From Bigelowiella natans CCMP2755 (lineage: Eukaryota; Protista; Cercozoa), in contig ADNK01000544.1 in the NCBI GenBank assembly GCA_000320545.1, positions 1 to 64,000 of the forward strand: a stretch of 64,000 bases of DNA, given 5' to 3'. Both the position numbers and the translations under genes were made by a program. Below, one piece after another: positions 1-11,402 of this stretch; position 1 is the stretch's first letter; the number at the start of each line of letters is the position of its first letter. The notes under the pieces were generated by a model. That model made no database searches. It saw only the letters and a list, made by a program, of their open reading frames with translations, and was not told the DNA's origin.

Positions 1-1
1 A

Positions 2-2044
2 CTACGTAGGTTCTCCCCTACCTACGCTAGGACTGCAGCTGCTTTTACTACTGCTTACCGGAAGGAGAACTCTGTAGGCCTCAGCTTCGCTAAGGTGTGG
101 GCCAAGGCTGGCCTTGATGCCCACTTCGATAACCTAATAAAGTTATGCAGCAACACCCTATTGAATGCTAAGCTAGACACTACTAGACCAGCTACCCTAT
201 GGACAGACTGGTCTAAGCTAGGTATGGCTGCTGTACTTACCCAAGACCAGCAGATCATACGGGTGTGGGGCAGGGCCTGCACAGCAGCTGAGGCCAAGTA
301 CAGCCCTACAAAAGGAGAGTATAAAGCCATGACTGAGGCGCAGAGGAAACTAAGATACTACCTGCTGTCGGTGCCCAGCTTCACCTTAATGACTGACCAC
401 AAGCCCCTCCTAGGCATCGACCGCAAGCTCGAAGCGCCTAACGATGAGTATGCAGCTATGAGGGCGGACACGGAAGAGTTTAGGGACAAGAGGACAGTGG
501 TCTACGCACCAGGAGACAAGCAGCTTGCTGACTATTTCAGCAGGCTGTTCGAAAAGAAAGTCCCTACCCAGGTCACCCCTATGGTTAACGCGATTACCTT
601 CGAGGACGGCGACTTCCTGCCTGAGCCAGAGGAGCTCCAGCACCTTCAAGAACACCTGGATAAATACAAACACAAGCATGAGGTACTTAGTGATAGGATA
701 TATGTATACACTAATAATGTTAGGCGTACCTACGTGCCACGGCGGACCAGGGGAGCCCTTCTCTTTACCGCCCATGGACCTGCACACGTAGGAGAAAACC
801 ATATCACTGCTCTACTCTACCATTACTACTGGCCCTACAAGCTAAAAGAGATAAGGACATACCTGCGTGGCTGCAGGTGCTCCAGCTTGAAGGCGGCAGG
901 CGTCGCCACCAAGGAGTCCAGCAAGAGCCGTGCATCTAAGAAAATCAAAGCAAGGAACTTCTTAGATATCGTGCAAATTGATGTTTATAAGTACGATGGC
1001 TATCACTACCTTACCTTCGTTGATGTGGCCACTGGAAAGTGCTGGGTTAAAAAGATTATCAAGGTCAACGTTGCTAAGAAGAACAAAGGCTTATATAAGC
1101 AGAGGCTTACTAACTGCTACCGTACCTGGGAGTCTGAGCTCCAGGCTATCCCTGATGAAGTTAGCATAAACAAGATACCAAAGAAGTTACATGTGGATAA
1201 TGAGACCTCTCTTCTACAGCTACCACACCCTAATATTGATGCCTCACCTGTATACTATGCCCAGTCCAACTCCAAGGTAGAGCGACTCCACCGCACCTTG
1301 GCCAACCTAAGCAGGATAAATAGCACCACACCAGACAAGATACAAGGGTTAGTAAACGACACCTTCACGTCTGGGGGAGGTATCAAGGATAAGGAGAGGG
1401 AAGAAGGCGACGACAACGACGACGATACCGAGAGCGAAGACGAGAAGGTCCCGTACGATGGCCGAGTTCTAAAGGAAGGACAGTATGTTAGGGCCAAGGT
1501 AAATCTGAGATCGAGAAATAAACAAGACCCCTTCTGGGGTGGCGTTGCAAAGGTTACCGAGAGGAAGGGGAGGAAGCAGTACTACATCTATGATGGGAAC
1601 AGGGTCACCTTGCGCCACATCAGTCACCTAAAGAATTATGATATCGGTGAGAAGCTCCTAGAGGATGTTAAAGTAAACCCTACTGTGTGGGAGCGAGCAA
1701 TGCCTTGTTTAGGACCCCGACCTAAGTTCGATGTGGAATATGGAAACAATAAGGTCAGGGTGAACGACGATTGGCGCATGAAGATTGTCTATCTAGGCTA
1801 CCCTGGATTACGAAATATGGAGAGGGTAGCTATGAAAATAAAGGACGGAAAATATCAGCTACTCTACCTAGCTGTTCCCGACTTACCCTTTGAGCACTGG
1901 TATAAGGTCCTGGGGGACCTTGATGCAGAGGGCTGGTATGGACACGAACCTAAGGACGAAGGTGAGTTCTGGGTAAGCGACAAAGGAGATAAGGTTAGAG
2001 AGGAATCTATTACCTGGTGGTTGGTGAAGTTCCGAAAGCGATGA
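2..2044 (+). CDS. pol: Pol polyprotein, partial: RT thumb/connection, RNase H, integrase, C-terminal extension
   Basis: Frame is open from base 2 (LRRFSPTYA, like gypsy YRRFIPNFA). RNase H: LWTDWS, YSPTKGE, TDHKPL, ADYFSR. Integrase: H-x3-H...CRC zinc finger, QIDVY, LTFVDVATG, VDNET, QSNSKVER, then DPFWG (GPF/Y-like). Confidence 0.93.
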   Translation, partial: LRRFSPTYARTAAAFTTAYRKENSVGLSFAKVWAKAGLDAHFDNLIKLCSNTLLNAKLDTTRPATLWTDWSKLGMAAVLTQDQQIIRVWGRACTAAEAKYSPTKGEYKAMTEAQRKLRYYLLSVPSFTLMTDHKPLLGIDRKLEAPNDEYAAMRADTEEFRDKRTVVYAPGDKQLADYFSRLFEKKVPTQVTPMVNAITFEDGDFLPEPEELQHLQEHLDKYKHKHEVLSDRIYVYTNNVRRTYVPRRTRGALLFTAHGPAHVGENHITALLYHYYWPYKLKEIRTYLRGCRCSSLKAAGVATKESSKSRASKKIKARNFLDIVQIDVYKYDGYHYLTFVDVATGKCWVKKIIKVNVAKKNKGLYKQRLTNCYRTWESELQAIPDEVSINKIPKKLHVDNETSLLQLPHPNIDASPVYYAQSNSKVERLHRTLANLSRINSTTPDKIQGLVNDTFTSGGGIKDKEREEGDDNDDDTESEDEKVPYDGRVLKEGQYVRAKVNLRSRNKQDPFWGGVAKVTERKGRKQYYIYDGNRVTLRHISHLKNYDIGEKLLEDVKVNPTVWERAMPCLGPRPKFDVEYGNNKVRVNDDWRMKIVYLGYPGLRNMERVAMKIKDGKYQLLYLAVPDLPFEHWYKVLGDLDAEGWYGHEPKDEGEFWVSDKGDKVREESITWWLVKFRKR

Positions 2045-2050
2045 AGGTCT

Positions 2051-2095
2051 AAGGGAATAAGGAAGGAAGGAAGGAGCAACGTGACTTGGGGGAGG
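2051..2095 (+). promoter_or_regulatory. Polypurine tract region (PPT GGGGGAGG at 2088-2095)
   Basis: Purine run AAGGGAATAAGGAAGGAAGGAAGGAG after the pol stop; GGGGGAGG abuts the TG of the LTR. Confidence 0.8.
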
Positions 2096-2421
2096 TGTAG
2101 CGCGTACCACTACGCGGGCACAAGTCACGTGCGACAACAAAGGGGTTGTCGCGGATATAGAATATAGATAACGTAGATATTAATACAGCATAGGCACGTG
2201 GGTTCCGGCGGGACTCATGGCAGCACACCGGAAGTGTGCTGCCCCACGTGCGGCGGCATTCGCGAAAGCTTCGCGAATGATTACGCAGTGCACGATTTAA
2301 TAAAAATATAATCTTTAATAAAAATAAACACAACTCTTCAAAAGGAAGCAAACGTGCCTTTCCCCCCCCCTGCCTACTTGTGCACGTAGCGCCTCGGCCT
2401 GTGAACACCTTACGCGCAACA
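2096..2421 (+). repeat. 3' LTR (326 bp)
   Basis: Starts TGTAGCGCGTA and ends TACGCGCAACA (10/11 inverted match, TG...CA); AT-rich TATA/AATAAA-like core at ~2297-2328. The 5' LTR is not in the window. Confidence 0.85.
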
Positions 2422-3066
2422 TGGACATAGCAACAGCACATGATGTGTGCATGATGTTACGTGTCTATGATACCATCCGATGCACACCATCATGCATGTT
2501 TGATGATCTTGCCACACTGCGCGTGTGCATGCTGTCATGCCTGCTGGCTGGCCAGCCTGCCTGGCTAGCGCGCGCCAGCACGACATGCGAACCTTCCGCC
2601 TTCGATCGATCGAACGCAATTTGCTAGCCAGCCACTGTGGCTAGCTAGCCAGCTAGGTGCAATTGCACACTGCCATGATTTGCATGTGTGCGCGCTGACA
2701 TTTCTAGATCTAGACATCAGATGCTGACACAAAGCACACAAGCACGGTGCCACCAGCTAGACCAGCTGGCCAGCTAGCCAGACGCACATCCAGCAAACAC
2801 CTGCATGTTGTTTTGGCTCAATTTCTAAAATGTTTGAAAATGAGAAAATAGGTTGTCGTTGTCCGCAATTGGCATGCATTCCAGCACAAATAATGATGAT
2901 GGGTCAGGAAGTAAAAGAACTTGTCGATGGTGATGATGATGATGATGATGATGATGATGAGACCCTAGCACAACTACCATCCCATCAATCCACCTTCCGA
3001 ACTACAGGGGCCGCACATAAGACACATGCTGGGGAAGCTGCAGCTTTCAAATTTCAATTTTAGATA

Positions 3067-4033
3067 ATGTACCTAGAGGGGAGGAGGCAGCAGCTATTGC
3101 TAAGTATAAACCGTCGAAGAAGAAGCAACTCGCTTGCAGTTATTTTGATGACTATGATGGGGATTTTGGGAATACTAAATCAACGGTACTCCTTCTCTAA
3201 GAAGAGCATAAGAGCCCTCTTCTCCTCTACTCCCATCTGTCAAAGTACAGAAACGACGCGAACTGAATTAGGGATCAATCGGAGTCGTCGCAGCAGATTC
3301 CAAGAAAATTTTGGACCAGCTAAGGTGTCATTACATGATTGCTTCAACCCATCAAACAATATCTATACTCGCTGCTTCACTTTTTATTTTTCAGAAATTT
3401 CATCCAGAAGCACGGAAAAGGCTAAGAAAACTGATCACGTTCACGGGAGGCGCTACTACTGCTACTACTACTTATTCTACTTTGAATAGAGGAATTTCCA
3501 TAAATGCTGCTGATACGATGAGAAGCTCCAACGAAAATGATAAGAACAGCAGGATCAAGAGTAGCAACACTAGCGCAACGATGAAGCTTCCGTGTGAAAA
3601 TCAAAGATGGTGCACACTCCTTGTTTCCACCGAAGCAGACACAGCATCCATGTAATAGAGCTGCTTCTTTTTCCATCATCACCAAAATGAATCTCTATAG
3701 AAACAATTTCTTTCATTTTATTGCGAGAGATTTTCATGTCTTGCCGAGTTATCATGAGCTGACCAATATGTTTGATTCCTTTACTTCCACAAGAACTATG
3801 CGAGATTCATTGCTCAGGCTGTTCGGGGATTGCTGGGAACCACTTGTAAGTAGTTGTAGTAAGACAAGTGTTGCAGTAGTAAGCTACATTCAACTTTTGC
3901 AATGATTATCTCATGAGCAATCCGGAGGAGGAAGAGGAGGAGGAGGAGGAGGAGGAGGAGGAGGAGGAGGAAGGAGACACAGTTAAAGCGTAGCAGCACA
4001 GACGACGATATGTTTGATGATTACTATGTACTG

Positions 4034-4066
<33 letters not shown>

Positions 4067-5562
4067 GGTTCCTGGCAACGATATCACTAAATCAAGCTCT
4101 TCCATCATCGGCAGCAGCATCGATACTAGAGAGAAGAAGAAGAGGATAGAGTATGATCCATCACGCTATGAAGGCGCTCGCTGTTACAGATACTACCGCT
4201 CACAAGGAAAAGAAGAAGAAGAAGAAGATCATATATGTTGCCTGTGGACCCTACCAAAACAGGTTGTAGAATAATCAATCATCCAGATTATTTGTTCTAT
4301 TTGAAGAACAACTAGGAGCGTATTTCCTAGTCATGCTTCCTTCCTGCTGCTGCATTTACTAAGTGAATTATTACCATCATCGTTATCATCATATTTTCTT
4401 TGGTATCAATCTATCTATATGGCTGCTGCTGCCCCCCTCCCCCTCCCCCTTTTCTTCCTGCTCTCTGATCGTATGCCATTGTTCTGACGGTCAAGGCGGA
4501 TTTTCTCCATCTGGATCACATCGATGAAGCGTTTTTGGACCACGAATATCACGTCGCGTCGTCTGCGGCCGATGATGGCGCAGATGGTAATGCTGACTAC
4601 GACTGTAAGGATCAGATCAAGTATTCCATTAAAGAAGTAGTTTTTCTTTCAAGACATCAATCGAAGTCTGGAAGTCCCGCACTTACTGTGCATCCTATAG
4701 GTGGTAGTGATGATAAAATGATGATTATGATATTGATAATAATAGTAGTAATGATGATGATGATGATGATGATGGTGATGCACTCACTAATGGGAAAATA
4801 GAATGATGGAACATCCCATAACAGAAGTATATATCACATCGAAGTATTATCATATGGAATTGCAGGTATTCCACGTCCTAGCAAATGGACAAAGGAAATG
4901 GGGTATTATTTTTATCATCATTGTTATTACTATTATTATTATTATTATAACTATTTTACGCTCATGTAGGCATTATAGCCTCTGAGGAAAAAGACGAAGC
5001 TCCAACATTATCATCATCAACATCATCATCATCATCATTATCATCATCACCATCATCATCATCATCATCATTATCATCATCACCATCATCATCATCATTA
5101 TCTTACTTAAATGCTGGTAGAGGTCATGCTGGGAAATGCCCTCCGCCCTCTGCAAGCATGGGCTGGGTCTTTCGAGAACTTAAAAAGCAGGTTATTACTT
5201 TTAGAGAATGTAGATGTAAGCATGCATAATCTCAGAGTTATGAATTGCTGCTGTGTAGCTGTACTAGTTGTACAATTAAGTAGTAATACTTTTACCGCTA
5301 TCAACCTTTTATTCAACGATGCTACTGAAATCTTTAAAGGCCAGACAAAGTGGGATTTCTGAAGAATTCCAAGTGACTTTTGAGGCCACACACCATGGCC
5401 CCTACCTGAGGACTCCTGCAATGTTTCTAGAGATCGGTTGTTGTTGTTGTTGTTGCTATTGGTGTGCTTAGTAGCTGCAAGTATTTACATTGCTTTCATA
5501 TTTATAATTTGGGAAGATATAGACGACGTAGAATAGGTACATCATCATGACTCAAACAGTCA

Positions 5563-5599
<37 letters not shown>

Positions 5600-6226
5600 A
5601 ATGTGGAGATCTGAAGTCATTATATAGTTCATCACCACACATTTAGTCGGACGTACGTAGGTTCTAAACAAGACGACTGGGTGCGACAAGATGCTGGTGA
5701 TTGCTGGGCAAGGACACTGCAAAATACGATTTTAAGCAGCAACGACAGTAGCAGTGGCAGCAGCAAAAATGGGGGAGTAGTAACTTTAGGTAAAGAAAAT
5801 AATACGCAGCATCAGGTGGTGGTGTTATCTCTAGGCGGAGGACACTATGTACCATTCATCAATGACATCGTTTTGAACTCTGACTCGATTACCCCAGGCC
5901 ATATGCTTCCATCGTATCTTTTGGATGATATAATTGTTGATAACCAAGAAGGAAAATCTGAAGGAGAGAGGGAATGGGAACGGGCGATAAAAACTGCTGT
6001 GGATGCAACATATAGTACAGCAATGAGCACCAACAAAAATAACGACGATGATGCTGGAAATATGCGGGAAAGTGAGCGTAATGCCAAATCTTGGCTTAAA
6101 GTATACATCGACAAGAAGAGTTTCAAAGCTCCTGCACGACAGAAAATAATCGATTTGTTACAACAGATCGGTCTCGAATATACCACAAAGAAAAGAGACA
6201 CTGTATTTTTCGACTACCGCCCATAA
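3067..6226 (+). CDS. DTD2: D-aminoacyl-tRNA deacylase, archaeal/plant DTD2 (GEK1) type; multi-exon, start uncertain
   Basis: Motifs spread over exons: LLVSTEADTAS (~3617-3650), VVFLSRHQSKSGSPALTVHPIG (~4637-4703), FEATHHGP (~5379-5402), VLSLGGGHY, VYIDKKSFK. Probable first intron 3325-3394 joins a long N-terminal extension in phase 0. Confidence 0.88.
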
Positions 6227-6280
6227 ATTTAAAAGAAAAGAGACACAACTGTATTTTTCGACCACCACCCTTAAATTTAA
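6187..6280 (+). repeat. Imperfect tandem duplication (~46 bp x2) spanning the DTD2 stop codon
   Basis: AAAGAAAAGAGACAC(AA)CTGTATTTTTCGACYACCRCCCWTAAATTTAA occurs twice in tandem. Confidence 0.85.
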
Positions 6281-7874
6281 TAAAGTCAGATAATAAGAAG
6301 AAAAATCGATACAAACGATGCGGACACCTATTTTGTAGGGCATTATGTACAGTTTTAATGTCGTCAAAGGACCTGTCCATCGCTGTCATCAATGACACAG
6401 CGCAGTGTGTTCAATGTGATTACAACAACAGAATGTCCATCTTTACATGAAGAATGGCAAAGATGTGTGCACACCATGTGCATGTTAGCATGGGGATAGC
6501 TATATTCTTGCTTATGATGCTCATCATAAGGGGCCACATATTCCGTTATTACGCCAATTTTGTTGCGTACGTATGTGCAAATTGGGCGCACACATTGAGA
6601 GAATGTTAATTTGGTGAGTCATGACCATGATGTTCACCTCAATCCAAAAGCACAGCTCATCAATTGAGAAACCACAATCTGCAGCTCCTCTTTTGCCTCT
6701 GCAAGATCACAAAGCGACCACATTCAATTCACTACAGCTGCAGCCATACTCTAGCACTCAACCGTGGGCTCAGCCCATCCATCAAAGTGCGGCCACCCGC
6801 GGTCATCCGGTCCTTTGTGATTTCACCACGGAGTGGTTTGCACTTGTTTCCTGCTCCAAAATGAAAACGACAAAAATGGGAACTTAGGTCTGGGATTATC
6901 ACTCCATGCCGGCCGTTCTTTCCGACTGTAAGACAATTTTCTGTCACGCAAAGTCTGGAAGTCTTGTGCTCGTGCATGATTGGGAAGAAACATGATGCAG
7001 TGACACGGACTGAGACGTGCCCCCCCCCTGCCATGTTGGTCCCACAAATGATTGCCCCCACAGAGTGTGAGCGATTCGAAAGTGATCCAATCCCGTCTCC
7101 TCTCTGGTTCGCACGCCGTTAGTTCCAGATGAGAGCAAGTGCAATAGATGCCAACACACACATGTTTACGCACATCTCTCTTTGAGTACCTACCACCCGA
7201 TTGAGTATCGGCTCGGGAGAACGTATGAGCAGAAAGATTAATTCACCACCGGATTTTCTGTCATTTTTGGACAAACGCATAGTGATTTCATGTAACGACT
7301 TGGTAATTTTGCTCTTTATGCATCCGTTTTGTCGCAGGTTTAAAAGTGGGACCCTGTGGATTTCTGCTTTCTTGTCGCAGGTTTAGATAAGAGTACCAGA
7401 TGGTAAAACATGGAAGATATAACGACGACATAGTCCATAAATTATATCCCCAATTTATATGAATATTCCTCTTGTATACAAAATATTTGTATTTACCTCA
7501 TCAAATCACGACACTGTAAAAGAAAATATGAACTTTCTAATCTGAACATAGGTATCTTTCATGTCGCTACTTGAAATGTTGCGCAACATCCGACTTGTTG
7601 AATGTGAAATAATTTAGACGACAAGAAATAATCTGAGTCGTGTTAAGATTTACACTAGGTTTTATCCGAAAACTACCAAACTTGCCGGATATAAGCCTTT
7701 AAGTATTTTTAATTTGTTCAATGTCGAGCAAAAAAAAAGAAATTGCCGAAAAAAGTTGTCATTACAATTTTATACGGAAGTCGCAGCATAAATTTTACGA
7801 GATCTATTATTTAAAATGCTGTCTTCTAGTCTGAACCTTTAATAGGATTTTGGCTCCCCCAGAAACCATTAACA

Positions 7875-9426
7875 ATGTCAATCCTCGCTGCTGCCCTGCC
7901 TCTCTTGGCTCTTCTTGCCAAAGCTGACAACTACGCCGTCCTCATCGCAGGATCGAGCGGATATTCTAACTACAGGCATCAAGCAGATGTTTGTCATGGT
8001 AGGAGATGAATTTGAAATTGATAAAATATTGTACTCTTTATGAGTACCCGTGTTATGTTCCCCTTGATGATCCGCTGATATCTGTCATCGTTCAGCGTAT
8101 CAGATCTTGGTCCGTAATGGAGTGTCTGCAGATAACATCATCACTTTTAGCTACGACGATGTTGCAAACTCGCGAGACAATCCTTTCCCAGGAAAACTCT
8201 TCAACAAACCAACAGAGGAAGGAACACCTGGTGTTGATGTCTATGAAGGCTGCAAGATTGACTACTCGGGTAGGGATGTGACCCCTGACAACTTTTTGGC
8301 AGCTCTCAAGGGAGACTCTTCCAAAGCTTCGGGTAAAGTCTTGAAGAGCGGTGCTGAGGATCGCGTTTTCATCAACTTCGCTGATCATGGTGCTCCTGGA
8401 CTCATTGCGTTTCCTCACAGTGAGTTGCATGCTGACGACCTCATTGATGCGCTCAAGTACATGAATGAAAACAAGATGTACAGTGAACTTGTTTTCTACC
8501 TCGAAGCATGTGAATCCGGTTCCATGTTCGAAGATAAGCTTCCAGAGGATATCAAGATCTACGCTACGACTGCTGCAAATGCTCACGAGTCAAGTTGGGG
8601 AACTTACTGCCCTCCTTCCAGCAAAGTTGATGGCAAAAACCTTAACACATGTTTGGGTGATTTGTATTCTGTCAACTGGATGGAGGACGCAGATCTTGCG
8701 AACACTACTGAAAGTCTTGATGACCAGTTCCAGAAAGTGAAGACTGAGACTTCTAAAAGTCATGTCATGGAGTATGGAGAACTCGATTTCGACTCTCAAA
8801 AAGCTGACAGTTTCTGGGGTAATAGTGACAACTAAAATAATTTATGAATAGAATTTGATTCTATTTCTCCTGATTATCGGCAATTAATAATGAAATACGA
8901 GGAACAAGTTTGTACCATCTCAGCATCAATAACAATTGAAGACCACTTGCATCATAAGCAAAAACATTACATTATTTTAGGTAAAGTTGCTGCACCAGCC
9001 ATCCGGTACAGTAAGGTTGATCCTTCTATTAAGACTGCTTCTGCTGTTGATTCCCGAGATGTCGGTCTCACCACTTTCTACAGCCAGTACCTCAACAGCG
9101 ATCCTCGTGACCTCAAAAATCGCCGCAGGCTTGCTGAGAAACTCGTTGCTGAGATTCAGTTTCGCCAGTGGTCCGATGAACTTTTCTCCAAGATTGCTGC
9201 GAAGGTAATGATGAGCAACAACGGTATGCTTTCTGATGCTCTCTACGGACATCGCAAGCCAGTGTCTTTCCAGTGCCACAAAGCTGCAATCAAGCAGTAC
9301 AAGAGTGTGTGCGGAGAATTGACCGACTATTCCCTCAAACATGTTCGTGTCCTTGTAAACCTCTGCGAGATTACCAAGGATACCGAATCGGTGACAAATG
9401 GCATCAAGGAGGTGTGTCAGGCATAA
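7875..9426 (+). CDS. LGMN: Legumain / asparaginyl endopeptidase (peptidase C13); exons 7875-7998, 8096-8818, 8981-9426
   Basis: Signal peptide [38 protein letters not shown], catalytic ADHGAPG and [22 protein letters not shown]-terminal prodomain with LVNLCE. Both GT-AG introns keep the frame. Confidence 0.96.
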
Positions 9427-9836
9427 ATGACCAGTCAGTCAGCTGCTGGAACATATCGTAACGCCTTCGCAGCAACGTATATCTACCGTGGTCGAAGTAC
9501 TCTTCATTGGTATGTTTGCTGTAATGTTAACTTGTGTTGTATATAGATCGTTACGCCAACAGTAACTAGAATAACCTATTGCTTCCTGTCTAGCATGTAC
9601 ATACATGTTATTGACACTCTGCTAACAAAGGGTTGATTCTGAAAATTTCACATGTAATGCTGCCACGCGATACAGGCTAGCGCGCAGGTGCAACGTTCGA
9701 TGACATACATCCAACATTGCACGAATTCGCATCGTGCACGCATGCGTGGCGTGCTAGCTATAGCTACGTACGCTATACCTAGCTACGTCGCCATTACACA
9801 GTTGTGCATGCATGTGGACAGACAGCATGTGTATGT

Positions 9837-9930
9837 ATGTAAGACGGATGTAATGAAATGTTTAAATTTTTTCAATTGTCATCCTAATAGATGTAGTTGT
9901 GTCCAATGCAGCGGCTACAGCGCTCAAATT
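9837..9930 (+). repeat. Copy of a ~90-bp dispersed two-hairpin element
   Basis: ATGTAAGACGGATGTAATGAA...TTGTCATCCTAAT...TGCAGCGGCTACAGCGC; related copies at 59668-59750 (-), 59951-60037 (-) and a partial one at 25779-25849 (+). Confidence 0.8.
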
Positions 9931-10078
9931 ATTGTAACTATTTGTTTCCTTATTGTTGTCTACAGCTAGTAGCATGTTATTGCATGCATGAAAAAGCATT
10001 GCAATTAATTTGGTCTTTATGTATACGTATACGTATGTGTGCGATGATAACGCACTATAGCACTGTTGTACCAATCTA

Positions 10079-10891
10079 TCAATATAAATCATGCGATTTG
10101 ATCAAAGGACCGTCTAAAATCACGTTGCTGCATTTACCATGATGGCTGCTGCCAGAGTTATATCCCATCGTCGTTGTCATCTTTGGTGCTCGTGTGTCCA
10201 ATTTGTTCTTATTCCCACCAGTATTTCGTCCTGTCATCAACGAAGAAAAAGATGACGATGCCCCTACTAGCTGCTTTGGTCCTGCTACCGATTTTGTCAT
10301 CAGACAATTTCTCGAATTGTGATTCTTTGTCTGCTGCTGTTTTTCCCCAAGCGATGACATTGCCATAGTCCCCTGCTGCTGCTGCTTCTGTGCTTTATTA
10401 CTTTCCATACCTCTGCTCCTCCTTTTCTTTACATGCAGTAAACGCTTTCTCTGCCTCCCAACTATTAAACCGTTGGCAAGAGCTTCTGCCTGTTGAGATC
10501 ATCATCGTTGTGACGGTGGTGGTAGTGATGGTAGCGATGATGATGACAATGATGATGATGTTATTGATGATGAGCTTGGATGCTACTGTCCTTTTACTTT
10601 TTCATCACGTTACAATGCTACCTCCTTATCCTTTTGTTTTTCAGCTTGAGTTTGAAACCATGTTCGCTTTTCTCGGCGATGTATCTCCTCTTTATGTTTC
10701 TGCATGTTGAGAGCTTTTTCTGTGGTAGAATGGTAGTAGTAGTAGTAAAAATAGTGGGTAGTAGTAGTAGTAGTAGTAGTAGTAGTAAGTAGTAAGTAGT
10801 AGTAGTAGTAGTAGTAAGTAGTAGTAGTCGTAGAGGTGATGTTTATATTAACGGAACCCACATTGTTGTTTCGCATCAGTTTACTACACAA

Positions 10892-10934
<43 letters not shown>

Positions 10935-11276
10935 GACGCACACAATACACAATACACCATTGGACGCACATGCACTCCCTCCCCCCTCTCTGTCTCTGTG
11001 CGTGTGCGCGTGTGTGTGTGTGTGTGTGTGTGTGTGCCATGAGTATATAATGAATCGATTGTTGCCTTTGGACAGAAGCTGCATCCTTTCTGTTTTGTTG
11101 CGAAGTTCTTCCTTCATAATCTTTGTCACCTTAAGAAAGGATGAAAATGAAACGAGGGAGAGTGTATTCAAGTAGATAGATGAGATATGTTGAATAATAT
11201 ACGGGCAGTGTGTAACGTCGATGTATATATAATACAACATATTATCAGCAAACAATACAATTGCATGAACAACTTT

Positions 11277-11310
<34 letters not shown>

Positions 11311-11371
11311 CGTTCCTTCATATCGACGAATTCGACTTCTCCATATCTTTGTTCTCGAAATGTTAAGCTGA

Positions 11372-11402
<31 letters not shown>

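Larger units (their letters stand above)
1..2421 (+). mobile_element. Ty3/gypsy-type LTR retrotransposon, 3' part (5' part lies outside the window)
   Basis: Uninterrupted pol frame with RNase H then integrase (gypsy order), followed by a purine tract and a TG...CA-bounded terminal repeat. Confidence 0.93.

Noticed and set aside
2422-2820. LTR-flanking tract as a third copy of the 16.8/51 kb repeat family
   Set aside because: Composition is similar, but no convincing alignable segment or shared terminus was found by eye.
9837-9930. Two-hairpin repeat as a SECIS or hammerhead ribozyme
   Set aside because: ATGAA is present, but there is no 11-12 bp helix with an apical AA and matching NGAN, and the upstream gene has no in-frame UGA; the CUGAUGA/GAAA hammerhead core is absent.
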